A DNA stretch of 63,396 bases, filler included, from Reticulomyxa filosa (Eukaryota; Protista; Foraminifera): NCBI GenBank assembly GCA_000512085.1. It is 16 parts of 16 records of this genome, joined end to end, with 100 filler letters (N's around TTAATTAATTAA, not from the genome) between each part and the next. Parts side by side here need not be neighbours in the genome. Positions count along the whole stretch, not along the records: positions 38,605 to 57,385 come from ASPP01007094.1; 15 more parts are not named here. One strand, 5' to 3'. The position numbers and the translations under genes are program-made. The notes below the pieces were generated by a model. That model had not been told where the DNA came from. It did no database searches and was given only the letters and a program-made list of their open reading frames with translations. Shown here in pieces: positions 39,251 to 52,720 of this stretch (position 1 is the first letter of the stretch; every line of letters begins with the position of its first letter).

Positions 39251-40122
39251 CTCCACATGTACCTCCATCAGGGGAATTCTCAGTTCCACCATCAAAAGTT
39301 TGGGCCTGGAAGACACCTAGTCCAACCACTTCACCCACCCCACCGAACCATTGGTCTTGGGACAAAGACCCTTCCTCTCCATCGGATTCGAGTGAAGAAT
39401 GTGAGAATCGTGGACCTCTTTACAAAGAAGATATGTGCGTTACTGCTTGTGATTCTCTGTCGCACACGGAGTGGTCGATTCACTTTTCCGGAGCTTTTCC
39501 AAATGAGTTTGGTAATTTGACCACATTTATTTGGACTGTGGACACAAGTTCGGAGTTGCCCGATCCAAGCTGCTCCTTTGAGCCTGTCCCCACTGCATTA
39601 ACTGATGTTACTATACGTTTGGGATGTGACTGTCAACCATTGTCTCATGAATTTTTGCGATCAATCACTTTTTCAACACTTCCTTCCGCTAGCATTCATT
39701 CCAATTACTGGCATTTCGGCTTTTTAAGTGTCAAACCTGGTGATTCCGTTCAATTGCAAGTCGTGCTGAAAGGCGATGTTTCCATTTCGACTCAGGGTGA
39801 TGCTACGTTAGGTGATGGCTATCGATGTGCCTCTACTTTGTCTGTTGATGGGTTGGATCTCCCCGTACCTGATCCTTGCAGCAATCCTTGCAACTTTGGC
39901 GAGTGGACTGACTGGGAGCCTCTTGGCGATTGCACTGTACCATGTGGTAGAGGTGAGCAAGTGCGCGTTCGACAGTGTGTTAGCGTGTGTGACGAGACCA
40001 TTCCTGTTGACAATTGTCCGGGCAGCAATCACGGAATTATTCCATGCAACACTCAACCTTGCACAATTTGGTCCAAAGTGTCGAGCAGTAGCAGCAGCAG
40101 CAGCAGTAGTAGTAGCTTTTAA
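38605..40122 (+). CDS. xSPT-repeat stalk + Cys-containing domain + TSP1 protein (5' truncated)
   Basis: The frame is open from the contig start into ORF 39433-40122 (828 nt upstream, in frame, no stop seen). TSP1 WTDW...[16 protein letters not shown]. Confidence 0.88.
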
Positions 40123-41123
40123 AGAAAGTTTTATCAGAACATTATGACTTTTTATGTGTTTTGTTTATTGTAAATACAAACTATTTCTACATCCTTTGTT
40201 TTTGTATTTCTATTTTTTTCGCTATCTTTTAGTCCTTTTTACTTTCGTTATTTAATTGTAGTATTTAGTCTTTTGTTAGTTTTAAATTACTTTTTACTCT
40301 TTATGTTTGCATACCAAAAAAAAAAAAAAGACTAAAATGAAAAATTAAATGCTTTATGTTCATTTTTGGGTGATATGATTTGCGTTTTGTACTTATTGTT
40401 CGTTAAGCGAAGTTTCTTTCATTGTTATCAATTTTGTTTCTATTAGTTTTACTAACCATATTTTTAACCATACTTTTACTGACAACGAGAAAATATATCT
40501 TCAATAACAATCACACAAATTCAAACAAAAATACACCACTTTCCAAATTCAAAAGAAAAAAAGATTCTACGCTTTTTTTTTTTTTTTGAAACAATGCAAT
40601 TTGTAATAAGTGTCTTCAAACAATATAGCAAAAAAAAACTTTCCGCATATCATTTTTAAAAAAAATATTTCGTGGAAGGATCATCTTATCTCAATGGCAC
40701 CTGAGTTGTCGAAAGACTTTTGAAACACAATCGAAAAGCGATGAACAACAGGTTTTCAATTGTATCTTTGTCATCTTTACATTGTCGATAGTAGCAAAAT
40801 GAAAATATTCAGTTTTCTTGCACTTTCATTGGACAAATAAAAGTATTAAAAGCAAAAATAGTGTTATTTTGATTCACTACTCTTTTTTTTGCTGAGCAAA
40901 TACGATCATTTATTATTTGAAATTTCAATGTGCAAGTTTATCAACAATAAATAAAAAGCACAAATTTTTTTTTTGTTCATGGCATAGGACCAACGTGGTA
41001 TCCTTATGCCAAAAAGAATGTACGCGGATTTTATGTGAGTTTAACGCTGCTGATATTCTTAGCAGCGACAAAACTCTTGTAACGGAAATATTTTTTTTTA
41101 GTTTATGTCAGTAAAAAAAAGTA

Positions 41124-44100
41124 TCACGCCTGTGATGGGTTTAAGTTTGGAGGATGATCAGAATTACCACTTTCGACAATATCAGCCGTTTCCAACGCTT
41201 TCATCTCTTCTCTCCAGTTGTACTTCAGTGCGGCGAACAAAATAGTGGAATGGAAGACGAGGAGGAACAATACCACAATGGTAACGGTCAAGAAAGCCGA
41301 GTCATTGTTAGCGGCACATAAAGGAAGATCAACAAAAAATACCAAGATAAAAGCAGCGACAATTCGGAACTTTTGTTCGACCATAAAACGGCTGAATTGG
41401 TTGTCGTCTAACCACTCGTGTTTTTCTAAGTACGATGGGAAAATGCTTTCTTTCAGATAGAGCACGCAGCTGCCCATAGATACCCACACATGTACAAGGA
41501 TATTTATATTACTACTTTCTCTCGATTTTGAGTCATTGGTGGGCTTTATACACCAAATGCGTGTAATTGCCTTGCCTGCCTCCTTTCGATTAACGTAGCA
41601 GCAGCACGTAGTGCACGTTTGCAATGATGCATCATCCTTGCTGTCCCTCTGGTTCAAGCATCTGACCGACGCAATATTCGCTTCCATTTCCACTCGCCTA
41701 TATATCCACGACGCAAAGAATGCCTCAATCATAAATAACGGAACAAACAGCGCAAACAGTAGCACCTTGTGCCTTACACTGCTTTTCGGATACTCTGCAA
41801 AGATCACCAAGAAAGGCACGGTCCGCATTACAAAGTCCGTCAATAAAAAGGATAATAACAACGCAAACTCCATTTTTGTGAACTCTGTTATATATGTACA
41901 TATGTATATCAACACAAGTACGTATAAACAAAGTAACGTATAAAAAAACAAACTTTTTTTCCTTCGCTCGGCTTCTTTTCCTTTTATCAGGGCCCATGTA
42001 GAACCAAAAAATTTGACTAGCGTCAGACCCACGGCAATTGCCAAAGGGATAACGGCAAATTCGGCGACAGTGACGAACAGTAGGTAAAGCTTGATAAACA
42101 GGAAAGGTATTTTTTTGTAACAGAATTCATTGAGCTGTAATTGCTTAAGTAATATGTAGTCCATTTCCTTATCTCCGATTGCCAATCTGTCCATCGTTTT
42201 CGTTATTTCATCACCTTGTTGTATAACCACATCATCAAATTTCTTCACAAATGTTTGCACTTTTGGCTCTATATCCAGCACTGCGCATTTTTTGGGAGGT
42301 GGAGATTGCGCTCTGTTTTCTAGCTTTTCTGGGTTTACTGGATTTGCTGGGCTTGTACTATTGTTAGCGTTTGCATTGATTGTCTGAGCCATTAGATTAC
42401 CTTGTGCTTGCAACAGGACACCGTCTCCATTTTCAGTTGACGAAGGAGGAACTGCATTATTGGCAGGTGAAAAGGGGGCTTGAGATGGAGCTTCGTTTTG
42501 AGCACTCTTGTCCTCAGCTTGCACTGATGAGGCCGCTTGTTGAAGTTGTGATTGATTGACAACAACTGTTGGTTCCATTGCTTGTTGACTCTGGTTTGAA
42601 TTTGGATTTGCATGTTGTTGATTATTCTTAAGAGCATTATTATCCTGTGGAAGTGGCACTAGTAGTTGTGACTGTACTTGCGACTGTGCAAGCTGCTCTG
42701 GAAGACTCTTGTCTTGAGTAGGTGGTTGTTGTGCAGCTTCTACTTTTTCGATGATGATCGGTTTCTGTTCCCCTTCCCCTTCTCCTTCCTTTCCCTCTTC
42801 CTCATTCACGGTCTTATCTCCTGCTTCCATTGATTTTTGATTCTCTTGAGCTGGAGCTGCTGCAGCTGCAGCATTGGCGGCACTCAGCGATTTTTGTTTC
42901 AACTCCTCTTGCAATTTGGCTCTTTCTTTTTTTCTTTCTTTCTTTTTTTTTAACTCTTCTTCCAGATCCTTCAGCGACAACAAGTTTATTCCTTTCCACA
43001 ATATAGCGAGTCCACAAGCTGTCAAAATGGAGTCTCTCACTATTCAACCAAACAAACAAAAAAATGTATTCCACTGACGCATAAAAATCTTCTTTTTGGT
43101 AACAAAAAAAAAAAAATAAAATAAATAAAAATTAACAAATGTTGATTGAATTCAAGCCCATATTATGCAAACGCCTGAGTTCGTACAAGCTGACTGAGAT
43201 GCCAATGACCATGAAAATACTTCCATGCTAGCGTATACATATCGTTGGGAAATGAACCACACAGCGATTAGGTTGAGGTCCATGGTGAGCGAAAACACGT
43301 CAAGGAAGCCAGTGGCGAAGGTGAAGATAGCAGTGGGATCTTTGAGATACAAGATAGCGACCAAAATGGCATCCACGATCAAGCAGGCGAGCAATATCAA
43401 AGGATACCACAAGCCCATCAACACTTGGTGTTGCGAGCTCCCTTTTGAGTGTTTGGTCACATGAAATATGTATTCGTTAGTGAAGATCGCCACGATTATC
43501 CAGGGCAATGGATAAAGGATTAACCTAGAAATGGCTTTACTGCTACCACTTTTTTGATTGATTATTTTTTTCCACCAGCTCAACTTGATATTGTCAATAT
43601 TATTATTATTGTTATTATTGTTATTATTGTTATTATTGTTATTATTGTTATTATTGTTATTATTATTATTATTGACATTGTTATTGATATTATTGTTAAT
43701 AGTGCTATTGTTGTAATTATAATTTCCAACGTTGTAATTGCTAACGTTATAGCCGTTGTAGTTGTTATAATTGTTAACATTGTAGTTATTGTTAACAGCA
43801 TTGTAGCCATTAGGGTTGTAATAAACGGGGACATTGTTATTGTAAACAAGATAAGTGGTAGTGATAGTGGTAGTAGTGGTAGTGGTAGTGGTGGGAGTAA
43901 CAGCAGCTGCAGTATTGTCTAAATGGTCCTGATACGCCTGACGCAGCGAGCTTCGAAGTAACATTTTGTAAGCAGTGAAGAGCCAATATCCGATCATGGC
44001 TAGGATAATGAGCATGAAGTAGGCAGCCATCATTTTGCCGACGATACGAGCGCTCGGATCGAAGTGACTAGCGGTGGAATCTAAGAACTGAAAGAAGGCG

Positions 44101-46710
44101 ATCAGAGGCCAGACAACGCACAAGTAAAAGAGAAGTCCGATCTGCGTGAGCAAGATCAGGCCAGCAGTGGACCTTTGTGCATCCTCGATTGTCATATTAT
44201 GTAAGCAGAGGAAGCAGACGCAGCAGCCGCACATATAGCCAAGGACCATTGCCAGAGGGATAGCTACTTTGCGAATGATGAGCACGAAGAACGTGAAGCC
44301 GACGATCAGAATAGCGGCGACCACAGGGATGACAGCAATGACAAAGAGCACGAGAAGGGCCTCGTGTTAGTGGTCGCAGCGCCGACGACGATAGTGGCAA
44401 GTAATGAGCTGGCGCACAATATGGTCGAAATCCAAAAGAATTTACGGCCACTTAAGTCAACTGACTGGTTTTTCTTTAGCGATATCAGCGTGAAGAACAC
44501 CACAAATGTCAGCGTCATATACACTGCCACGACCGTCGAACTGTTGGCTGGGTCAATTGTAATTTCCAAAATTTTTCGGTTAAAACATAATTTTTTTAAG
44601 TGTCCGCCAAACAACCTACTTTTTTTTATGTCGAGCAAGGGGACGTACTTGGCATGAGTCTACAAAGTTTGTATCGCAATACAAATACGACTTTTTTGCG
44701 CGATGGGGTTTGTTTGCTTTCATTGTGAACACCGCGTTTTTGGCTGTAAATTTCAATATGATTACAATAGTTCACACAGCGCAAGGAACAATCACCTTTA
44801 TCCTTCCCAGACTGCGGGCAAATCATCGACACACGATTTACGTCGCAATCGTTTTCCAATGATCGAATGTCAATCTTGCTCGTAGACCATGCGTCAAATG
44901 CACATCCGTCGCACTTGCCGCATCCGCACCATACTTGCCACTCCACATCGCTACTGCCAACAGTCCATATACTTCGGTCTTGGCTCTGATTGCGCGTATA
45001 CGTCACTGCAGATGAAAGAAACTGTGGCTTCACGTGTGTACCTTCGCATACATGATTGCCATTGACACATTTCAACACCACTTGGGGAGTGGAAGAAGAA
45101 TCGCTCGCAAACGTCATGCTCGTCAGTTGCAGATCGTAACAGGCGTAATCTCCATTGCATACAATCTCCAAACGTGTCAGCGCGTTGATGGTCGACGACC
45201 CGGTCACTATGTAAGACCCTCGACATGCCTCGCTACTAGTGCATTCAATAACACACTGGCCGGTCTCCACTGGACATTGGATCTTTTGATACTTGCAGTC
45301 GTGGCCATCCGTGCCGTCGCAAGGCAGACGACTCACATCTGGGTCGTCGGTACCGATTAGCCAAAACGTCTGCGATTGCGTCGGGGAAGGCGTCGGTGCA
45401 GGAGTTGGCTGTCGTGATGGACTATGTGAAGGAGTACGTGTTGGTGGCCGCGTAGGGGCATCGGTCGGGTGTCGACTTGGACTGTGAGAAGGAGTACGTG
45501 TGGGTGGGTACGTAGGGGCATTGGTCGGGTGTCGGGTTGGATGACGGGACGGGGTACGTGTCGGTGGTTTGGTCGGGGCGTTGGTAGGGTGTCGAGTCGG
45601 ACTGTGAGAAGGCCTTCGTGTTGTTGGTGATTTTGTTGGGTGTCGTACTGGACTTCGAGTGGGGGCGCGTGTTGGCACTCTGGTTGGCAACGTTGGGGAA
45701 ATTGTGGGACGGGTTGGATTCAAGGTCGGTCGTATGCTCGGGTGATGCGTAGGAATTCGGGTCGGTATACGTGTGGGTATAAGCGTTGGGATATGCGTGG
45801 GTATAAGCGTTGGGATATTCGTGGGCGTCTTTGTAGGTCTCGACGTTGGAACGGCAATCGTCTTGGTTTGGCGCGAAATGCTAAAGTCATACATACCCCA
45901 AAGGATTCCACTTATGCTTGCATTAAATTGCGTACTTCCCAGGTTGATTGAAAATCCCAAAATCCCATTCATTTGATCTGTCTCATTTGCAAAGTAAAAT
46001 CTTTTCCATGTCATCACCTGGCCTACGTTCATGTAGATACTACCATCACCGCCTGCACACGATGCTTGGTACGCTTGCGTCAGGTCGCTTGTTGTCAATC
46101 CAGTTGTCACTGATGTGCTTGCTATTGTTACCATTGTCGTATCTGACACCTTTACGTTGCCATTCCAATTCAATTCAACCTATACACATATTCATTTATA
46201 TACAAATTTCTTTTTTTTAATAAAAAAAAAAATGGTTATACGTAGTTTTTTGGAGTTTCAAAGCAATTTTTTTTCTGCATAAAAATACCATAATGGAATA
46301 ATTTGATAACACGTCGCACATCACAAACCAAGAAAAATTACTAGTAATAGTATCGTTGAAAGCCTTAATACCCGATGTCACTGCTGTCGGCACCGAAAAT
46401 GATCGATTTAGAGCCATCGTGTTGTTACTAAAAGCACCATGAATCGTAACTCCACTTACGGTGGATATTTCTTTTAGTGACCACTGTTGACTATCATTGT
46501 CGTCAACAAAAGTTTCATTGGCGGCAATTTCGGTTACTATTTTTTTTTTGAATGAGCTCCAAAAAAAAACAAAATATATTCACACAAAATAAGTTCCTAC
46601 AAAAAAGGCACAAAAAGACAAGTGCCACTCCAGTAACTATCTGCTGTTGAGGTTTTTAGTAAAAATAGCGTCAATACACTTTTCCAAAGCAAAAACCTGG
46701 AAATATCCAT
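41124..46710 (-). CDS. Large polytopic surface protein: signal peptide, PT-repeat stalk, Cys-rich region, multi-TM region, C-terminal XK-like domain
   Basis: MDISRFLLWKSVLTLFLLKTSTA at 46710. ORFs 44626-46173, 44306-44638, 43152-44351 and 41124-43040 are collinear with introns and one 1-nt frameshift near 44360. The single-gene model is inferred. Confidence 0.65.
45370..45850 (-). repeat. Mucin-like PTxx repeats with a 60-nt higher-order period
   Basis: Blocks starting at 45421, 45481 and 45541 align at a 60-nt period (HSPSRHPTDAPTRPPTRTPS). Confidence 0.9.
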
Positions 46711-46935
46711 ATTTCAAAAACAAGACAAATAAAAAATGAATTTAAATTGAATTGTCTATTTGTTTACTCTTTAAAAAAAACAAGTGGAGAAAGTTTTTTT
46801 TCCAGGTTTTTTGAACTTAAACTGTCAAAAGAATGAATAAAAACTCCTTGAAAGCATTTACAAATAATAATATATAATATTTCAAAAATATAATCAAAAA
46901 TAGTGAAAAAGAATCATACATTGTCATCTTTAACA

Positions 46936-47080
46936 CAGTAGAACGCAAAAGAAAGTTGACACATAAAATAGTACACTATGAGACGACTGATTTTCTCCAT
47001 GAAGAAACAATACTTAAACATAATTTTTTTGTTCATTTTAAAGTAAACATACAAATCTTAGTTTTTAAATATGGTTTGAT
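46936..47080 (+). mobile_element. Solo terminal fragment related to the Tc1 element at 31523
   Basis: CAGTA...TATG...TGATTTTCTCCATGAAGAAACAA...ACAAATCTTA aligns collinearly with 31523-31660. Confidence 0.65.
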
Positions 47081-47445
47081 TTTAATTTTTTATTATGTTC
47101 TTCCTAATTGTTTCAAAAATTTGAATATTTATTGATTTTTGAAATTTTTGAGAAAAGGTTATAATCGTGCCTCCATTGTAACCATGAAATTTACCAACTC
47201 TTTTTTAAGCATTTTCAAAATGTACATTCCATTCTCGAATATCTTTTTTTTTATTTTGATACGCTCAAAAAATACCGGCCAAAAATAAAAAAATTATTGA
47301 TATGAACACAGAGCAGAAGTCAAGTTTTTTACAAAAACGAACGAATCACACTTTTGAACAGAAAAAGATTGAAAAGAGATCCCACAAAGTTAAAGTTTAT
47401 TTTCGAAAGAGATTAAAGATAATTTTTTGTTCAAATAAAAGGAAA

Positions 47446-48593
47446 ATGAATATCACTAACGAAGCAAAGAAAACGCAGTTGGTAAGCTTTTCATTACGTT
47501 CCACTTGAGAAAAAAGCTGAAACACAAAACAAACAAAAGTCAGAAAAAGAAATAACAAAAATTATCCAAAATTGGCTTCGAACGTTAGAAATAAAATTGG
47601 GATGGATTCATAATTTTGACACAATTGTTGCCAAATACGTTGAGCACAATCTGTTTGAATGTTAGTAAAAAATAAACTATTTATTCATTATCCACACCTT
47701 CCAAAAAAAAGGCCAAACATTTTCAATTATTGAAAATTTTACGAGGACATACTAATGCTGTAAATCGAATAAGATTTTCACCAAATGGGAGAAGAATTGT
47801 TACATCATCAGATGATAAAACTCTAAGAGTATGGGATGTTGCATCTGGAGAGCAAATTCAAATCTTCCAAGGATATAATGAACACACTTATGGAGGATAT
47901 TTTTCTCCAGATGGCAGTAGTATTGTTTCATGTGCATATAGCAAAATAATTTTATTATGGGATGTAAAGTCAGGAAAAGAGATTAAAAGATTTGAAGGAC
48001 ATCCTGAACCTGTATGGTATGTAAATTTTTCTCCAGATGGTAAGACTATTGTATCAAGTTCATATGATAGAACAATACGATTATGGGATGTAAACACTGG
48101 AAAAGAGATACAAAGATTATCGGGCCATTCACAGGGTATTCAAACAGTACAGTTTTCATCAGATAGTACAATGATTGTATCATCGTCTGATGATCAAACA
48201 GTTGTTATATGGGACGTGAAATCAGGTCAAAGATTACAAGAATTAAAAGGACATTCAAATGCTTTAAAATATGCAACTTTTTCACCAGATGGTCAATTTG
48301 TTGCTTCTTGCGCACTTGATCATAGCATTCGAATTTGGGATGTAAAATCAGGAAAGCAATTGAAAATATTGGAAGGGCACAATAATTTTGTTGATGAGGT
48401 GAAATATTTTCCAGATGGTCTTACTCTTGCATCTTGTTCACATGATGCAACAATTCGTTTATGGGATGTGCAATCAGGACAAGAAATACAAAAATTGAAA
48501 CATTCTTCTGTAAATATAACGACCATAGATATTTCATCAAATAGTGCTGCAATTGTATCAGGTCATGGTCCTGAAATCATAATTTGGGGATAA
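47446..48593 (+). CDS. WD40-repeat protein with W/GW mini-exon (complete)
   Basis: Exons 47446-47481, 47540-47638 and 47712-48593; about seven GH...WD repeats. Confidence 0.9.
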
Positions 48594-49249
48594 CCGTAAT
48601 CAATTCAAAACGAAAACCAATTTAATCAATCTTTTTTTTTTTGGAAAAGTATAATAAATGGCATTTCTGTCATTTGTACTTTTTGAATTGAAGCTCGTAT
48701 CCCAAAAAACAAAAATAAAATGGATTGTGCTCTGCACCTAAAATGAAAGGTTAATCTCATCTTTACATGTTTCAATGAACTTTGTAAATTACGTTTATAA
48801 ATTATGTTTATGATTGAATTTTTCATCAATGTTAACTTTTTAATCAAGTTTAAACTTTGACATCTTGTCTAATTTCACCAAAAATTTTATGCATGTAAAT
48901 TGTGTGAAAAAGATCTTTTTAATTTATTTACAACTGGACAAATAGATCGATCAAAATCATGAAAAAATGTAAAATGGCCAAAAAAAGAAGGAGTAAAGTA
49001 CGAGATAAAAAACAACAACGATCAGCTAAGAATGCAAGCGGGAAATAACGAAAGAAATTGGTGTGCTCACAACAAATTCAAAAAAAAAGAAGAATTGTCG
49101 AAACTTTTAGTGACAAAGCGTTTTTTTTTACAAAAAAAAAAGAAATTTAATGCATTGACAAACAAAATAAATGCGTTGAAGATTTTTTTAAAAAAAATTT
49201 ATGAGACAGAAAATGAACAATATCACCTCGTGAAAATAGAGTTGTGGTA

Positions 49250-52135
49250 CTAATCTACACAATCGCACGGATCGAGGCTTCCACAGTCTCCGTTGCATCG
49301 GAAACAAAATAAGCCGCACATAACAATCATCCATAAAATACCAGCCGCAATGCCTAGTGGAACGATTACAGCCAAAAAGCAGAGCATAATAAGCACTCGA
49401 TTGAGCCAGCGAGGGAAGCAAGCAGGACATCGACAGTATTGCGGCGTAAACTGAGCCCCTGGACATCCGAAGATATTCCTGGAGGAGAAAGAGAGAAAAA
49501 TTATAAGGGCAAACAAAACCCATGAATATAAGATCGACAAAGACAAGTAATAAAGTCGAAAAGAAACATACCACCACTCGAAATGGGCCCCATTGTATGG
49601 GCCACGACAAATCCAACAAAATTCATACTGACAAGAGCTGCATGTCATGTGGTTGCAACCTTCACTCTTTTCAATTGTAACCCTGCATTTTGGACAGCGC
49701 TGAACGTTCTTGTTGATTGCCCACGCATGGTAACTCAAGTCTCCAATGGCATTATTGCTGTTGCATCCCGTCAGATATCCGTGCCAAGGTTGGTTGCAAT
49801 TAAAGCATTGCACGGCGTTGCATTGCGGACATACCAGCTTTGGCTGCCAACGCGACCCAAGCATATGTCCTTCGCAGTTGGGTCGCAAGCAAAACCTACG
49901 CATTGGGATTGAGCATCAAAAGTTTGTTCTTTTTGAACGTGCGAAACTTTTTCAATAGCTCAGGATCGCGTAGAAACTTGGTGAACTCTTCTTCTCTGCA
50001 ATATTACATCAATTGTAAAAACATTCATTTTTTATTTTTTATTTTCATTACAAAAAAAAAACATACGGGATTTCACGGTCACAATTGGGATCAATGCAAC
50101 CTACTTTCAACACATCTGCGTCTTGTGTCTTAATCCTATTGAACAATTCATCTTAGTTTTCAATCCCCATACGTATACATATATGTATGCATATGTATGT
50201 GTATATACAAACCTATAATGTGTTTCAAGACATTCAATACAATAATTGTGTCCACAAGGAGCGCGATAAAATCCATCCTCCGGCTTTTCATCAAAACACA
50301 CACCGCACAATTGCGTTGGTCCGACGGGTTTAGGACGATTGGCTTCTTCTTGCAGCAAGGCGGTGATAGTAGGATTGGTTGTGGTAGTTGTGGAAGATAA
50401 AGATAAAGAATTGGATGTAGCAGATCCCGCCACGACATTGCGATTGGCCTGACTCAGCAAAACGCGTTGTTCCAGCTCCCGTTTGAACTCTTCGCGTTCG
50501 TTTCGTGTGGCCACTGATATAGTAACACGGGCAGGCAAGTCATTGGGCGGCGCTTGCTCCAATGAGCTCAATTCTATTTTCGTTCCATTGGGGTCCAAGA
50601 AATGTCTCCAATATTGCAATCCGCATGTTTCACACAGATCATCTCTCTGATAGGCATCTATTGCAATTCATTGTATATATGTGTATATGTGTATATGTAT
50701 ATATGCATATATGTATATATGGATGCGATTTGCATATGGAACACAGAAGATTTTTTTTGTTGTTGGATTGAAGAAATATGACAATAAAAAAAAAATATGG
50801 TCACCAAACATGTTTCATTGGGCTGTTTGTTCATTTCGGCAATGATGGTGTCGTTGGGTCGAAATCGGTGCCACAGTCCGTCGGGGTGTTGAAAGACAAA
50901 CTCGACAGCGGTTTCCATCGATTCGGCGTTGGTCATTGTGATGGCGCACTCGGCCTGTTCCAACTCAAACCCCATGCCAATAAGTCGGCTGATAAAGTCG
51001 CGATACGCGTTGTTCGTGGCCTCCAGCGTCAGTGGGGTCGAATACAATGGCATACGAAGCAAGACATCTCGAGGAGGGACCGGGATCTCTTCTTTGTGTA
51101 CTTCTTCTTTGTTGTTTTTGACTTTGTGATTTCTGTTCATTCATTCGTTCATTTGAATCATTTGTTTATTTTTTTGTTTTTTTGTTTTTTTGTGTATTCA
51201 TTTGAGTCAATCATGACAACCAGTGAGAGTGAACGTAACTCTTCAATCAACACTTCAAAGGATATTTGTCGAACAGACAAAACGCCTGATTTATTTCCTT
51301 CAGCGTCCTTTGTCTCTTCTTGTGTCTTGTTTTTTTTTCCCCCCCCCCCCAATCAATTGAACAATGTATACGTCATGTTGAATAACATACATATATACAT
51401 TATACATATATATATTGTATATGTACATATGTGTAAAGCAAACGCGATTGAATTTAAACATGCCCCCCCCTCCTCCTTCCTCCTCAATTTGTGTTACAAG
51501 TCAACTATGCCAGTGTCTAAAGAGACTGCTCGACTCATCGGGACGACGCCTGCAATGCTGAGCAGGCCCTGTGCATTGGTTGGGTTTATGGGTAATGATG
51601 ATCTTCTGCGATGCGCGTTGCTTTGTTTCGAATCGTTCGCAATCATATCCGACCCTTGACAACACAATCACACTTTACATTTTGAAATCACACTCTGCCA
51701 TTCAAAATGCTATGGCCCCTCCCCCCCTCTTTTTTTACACAACGCATGCTATATGCATGCAAACATATGGAAAACGCCAAAGTTATATAATGTACATATG
51801 TACATAATATGACTAAGAAAGATATTAGTATTTCCAGTTCAATTCACAACAACCGGTTGTTGTGTTGACGTTTTTATTTCTTTTCAAAAAATATATGTAT
51901 ATGTATACATACATAACAATGTCCGTGTTTGTGTGTTTTTTTGTAACAAAAATAATAATAATTAACCAATTTGTCCCAAATTTTGAAGTGTATCCTTTGG
52001 TTTGAACTCTTCAGTTGCTTCGCTATTTTCAACCTTCTTTTCGTCGGGCTGTGTCACTACAATTGATAGGGTATTTGTGTCATCACTAGTTTGTTTAGCG
52101 GTTACGTCTTCTTTAATCTCATTTGTGATGCTCAT
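49250..52135 (-). CDS. RBR (RING-IBR-RING) E3 ubiquitin ligase with UBA-like domain and C-terminal TM
   Basis: UBA LIGMGFELEQAECAI; RING1 CGVC...CGHNYCIEC; IBR C..PNC...CPQC...CFNC..WH; RING2 CPKC..IEKSEGCNHMTC..C..EFCWIC. Confidence 0.92.
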
Positions 52136-52720
52136 CGCACTATTTCTTCTTAACGCGCCTTCTACTTTCTACTCTTCGCTACCTCGTTACACAAAACAGC
52201 CAAACACACAAAAGCTAGACAAGTATGTCGAAACAAATGATACGCCATTACCAGGATTCAATTAAAATGGAACAGTTTATTATGGACTTAATCTGCAAAA
52301 AATGATTTATACAGAAAGAGAAGGGACAATCAATGGATATTTGATGGTCAGTGAAAAAGTTCTGTTGTGTGGTAACATCCTTTCTCTTCTGTGCGATGTA
52401 TACTATACACACGCACATGCACATATTTTTTTCTTGTCAAATATCTATAAATTGAACTTTAGCTAATTTTGTGACAATCATAGGAAGCCGTGAAAAGAAT
52501 AACTTTTACAAAACAAGACTTGAGGTGTGACATAGAATCCAAAAAAAAAAGTTCAGTGAACATTTTACTTTCACACAACAAAATTCAAAGTTATTTTTCA
52601 GTTTTATGAGAGACTCTAATAAAAGTTTTGAGTTGGAAGCAGCAAAAGTTCTGAGTAAGTAGTTGTGAAAGTGATTGTGAGCATGATAAAAATTTGATGG
52701 AAAAAAAAAGGTATTTGAGA

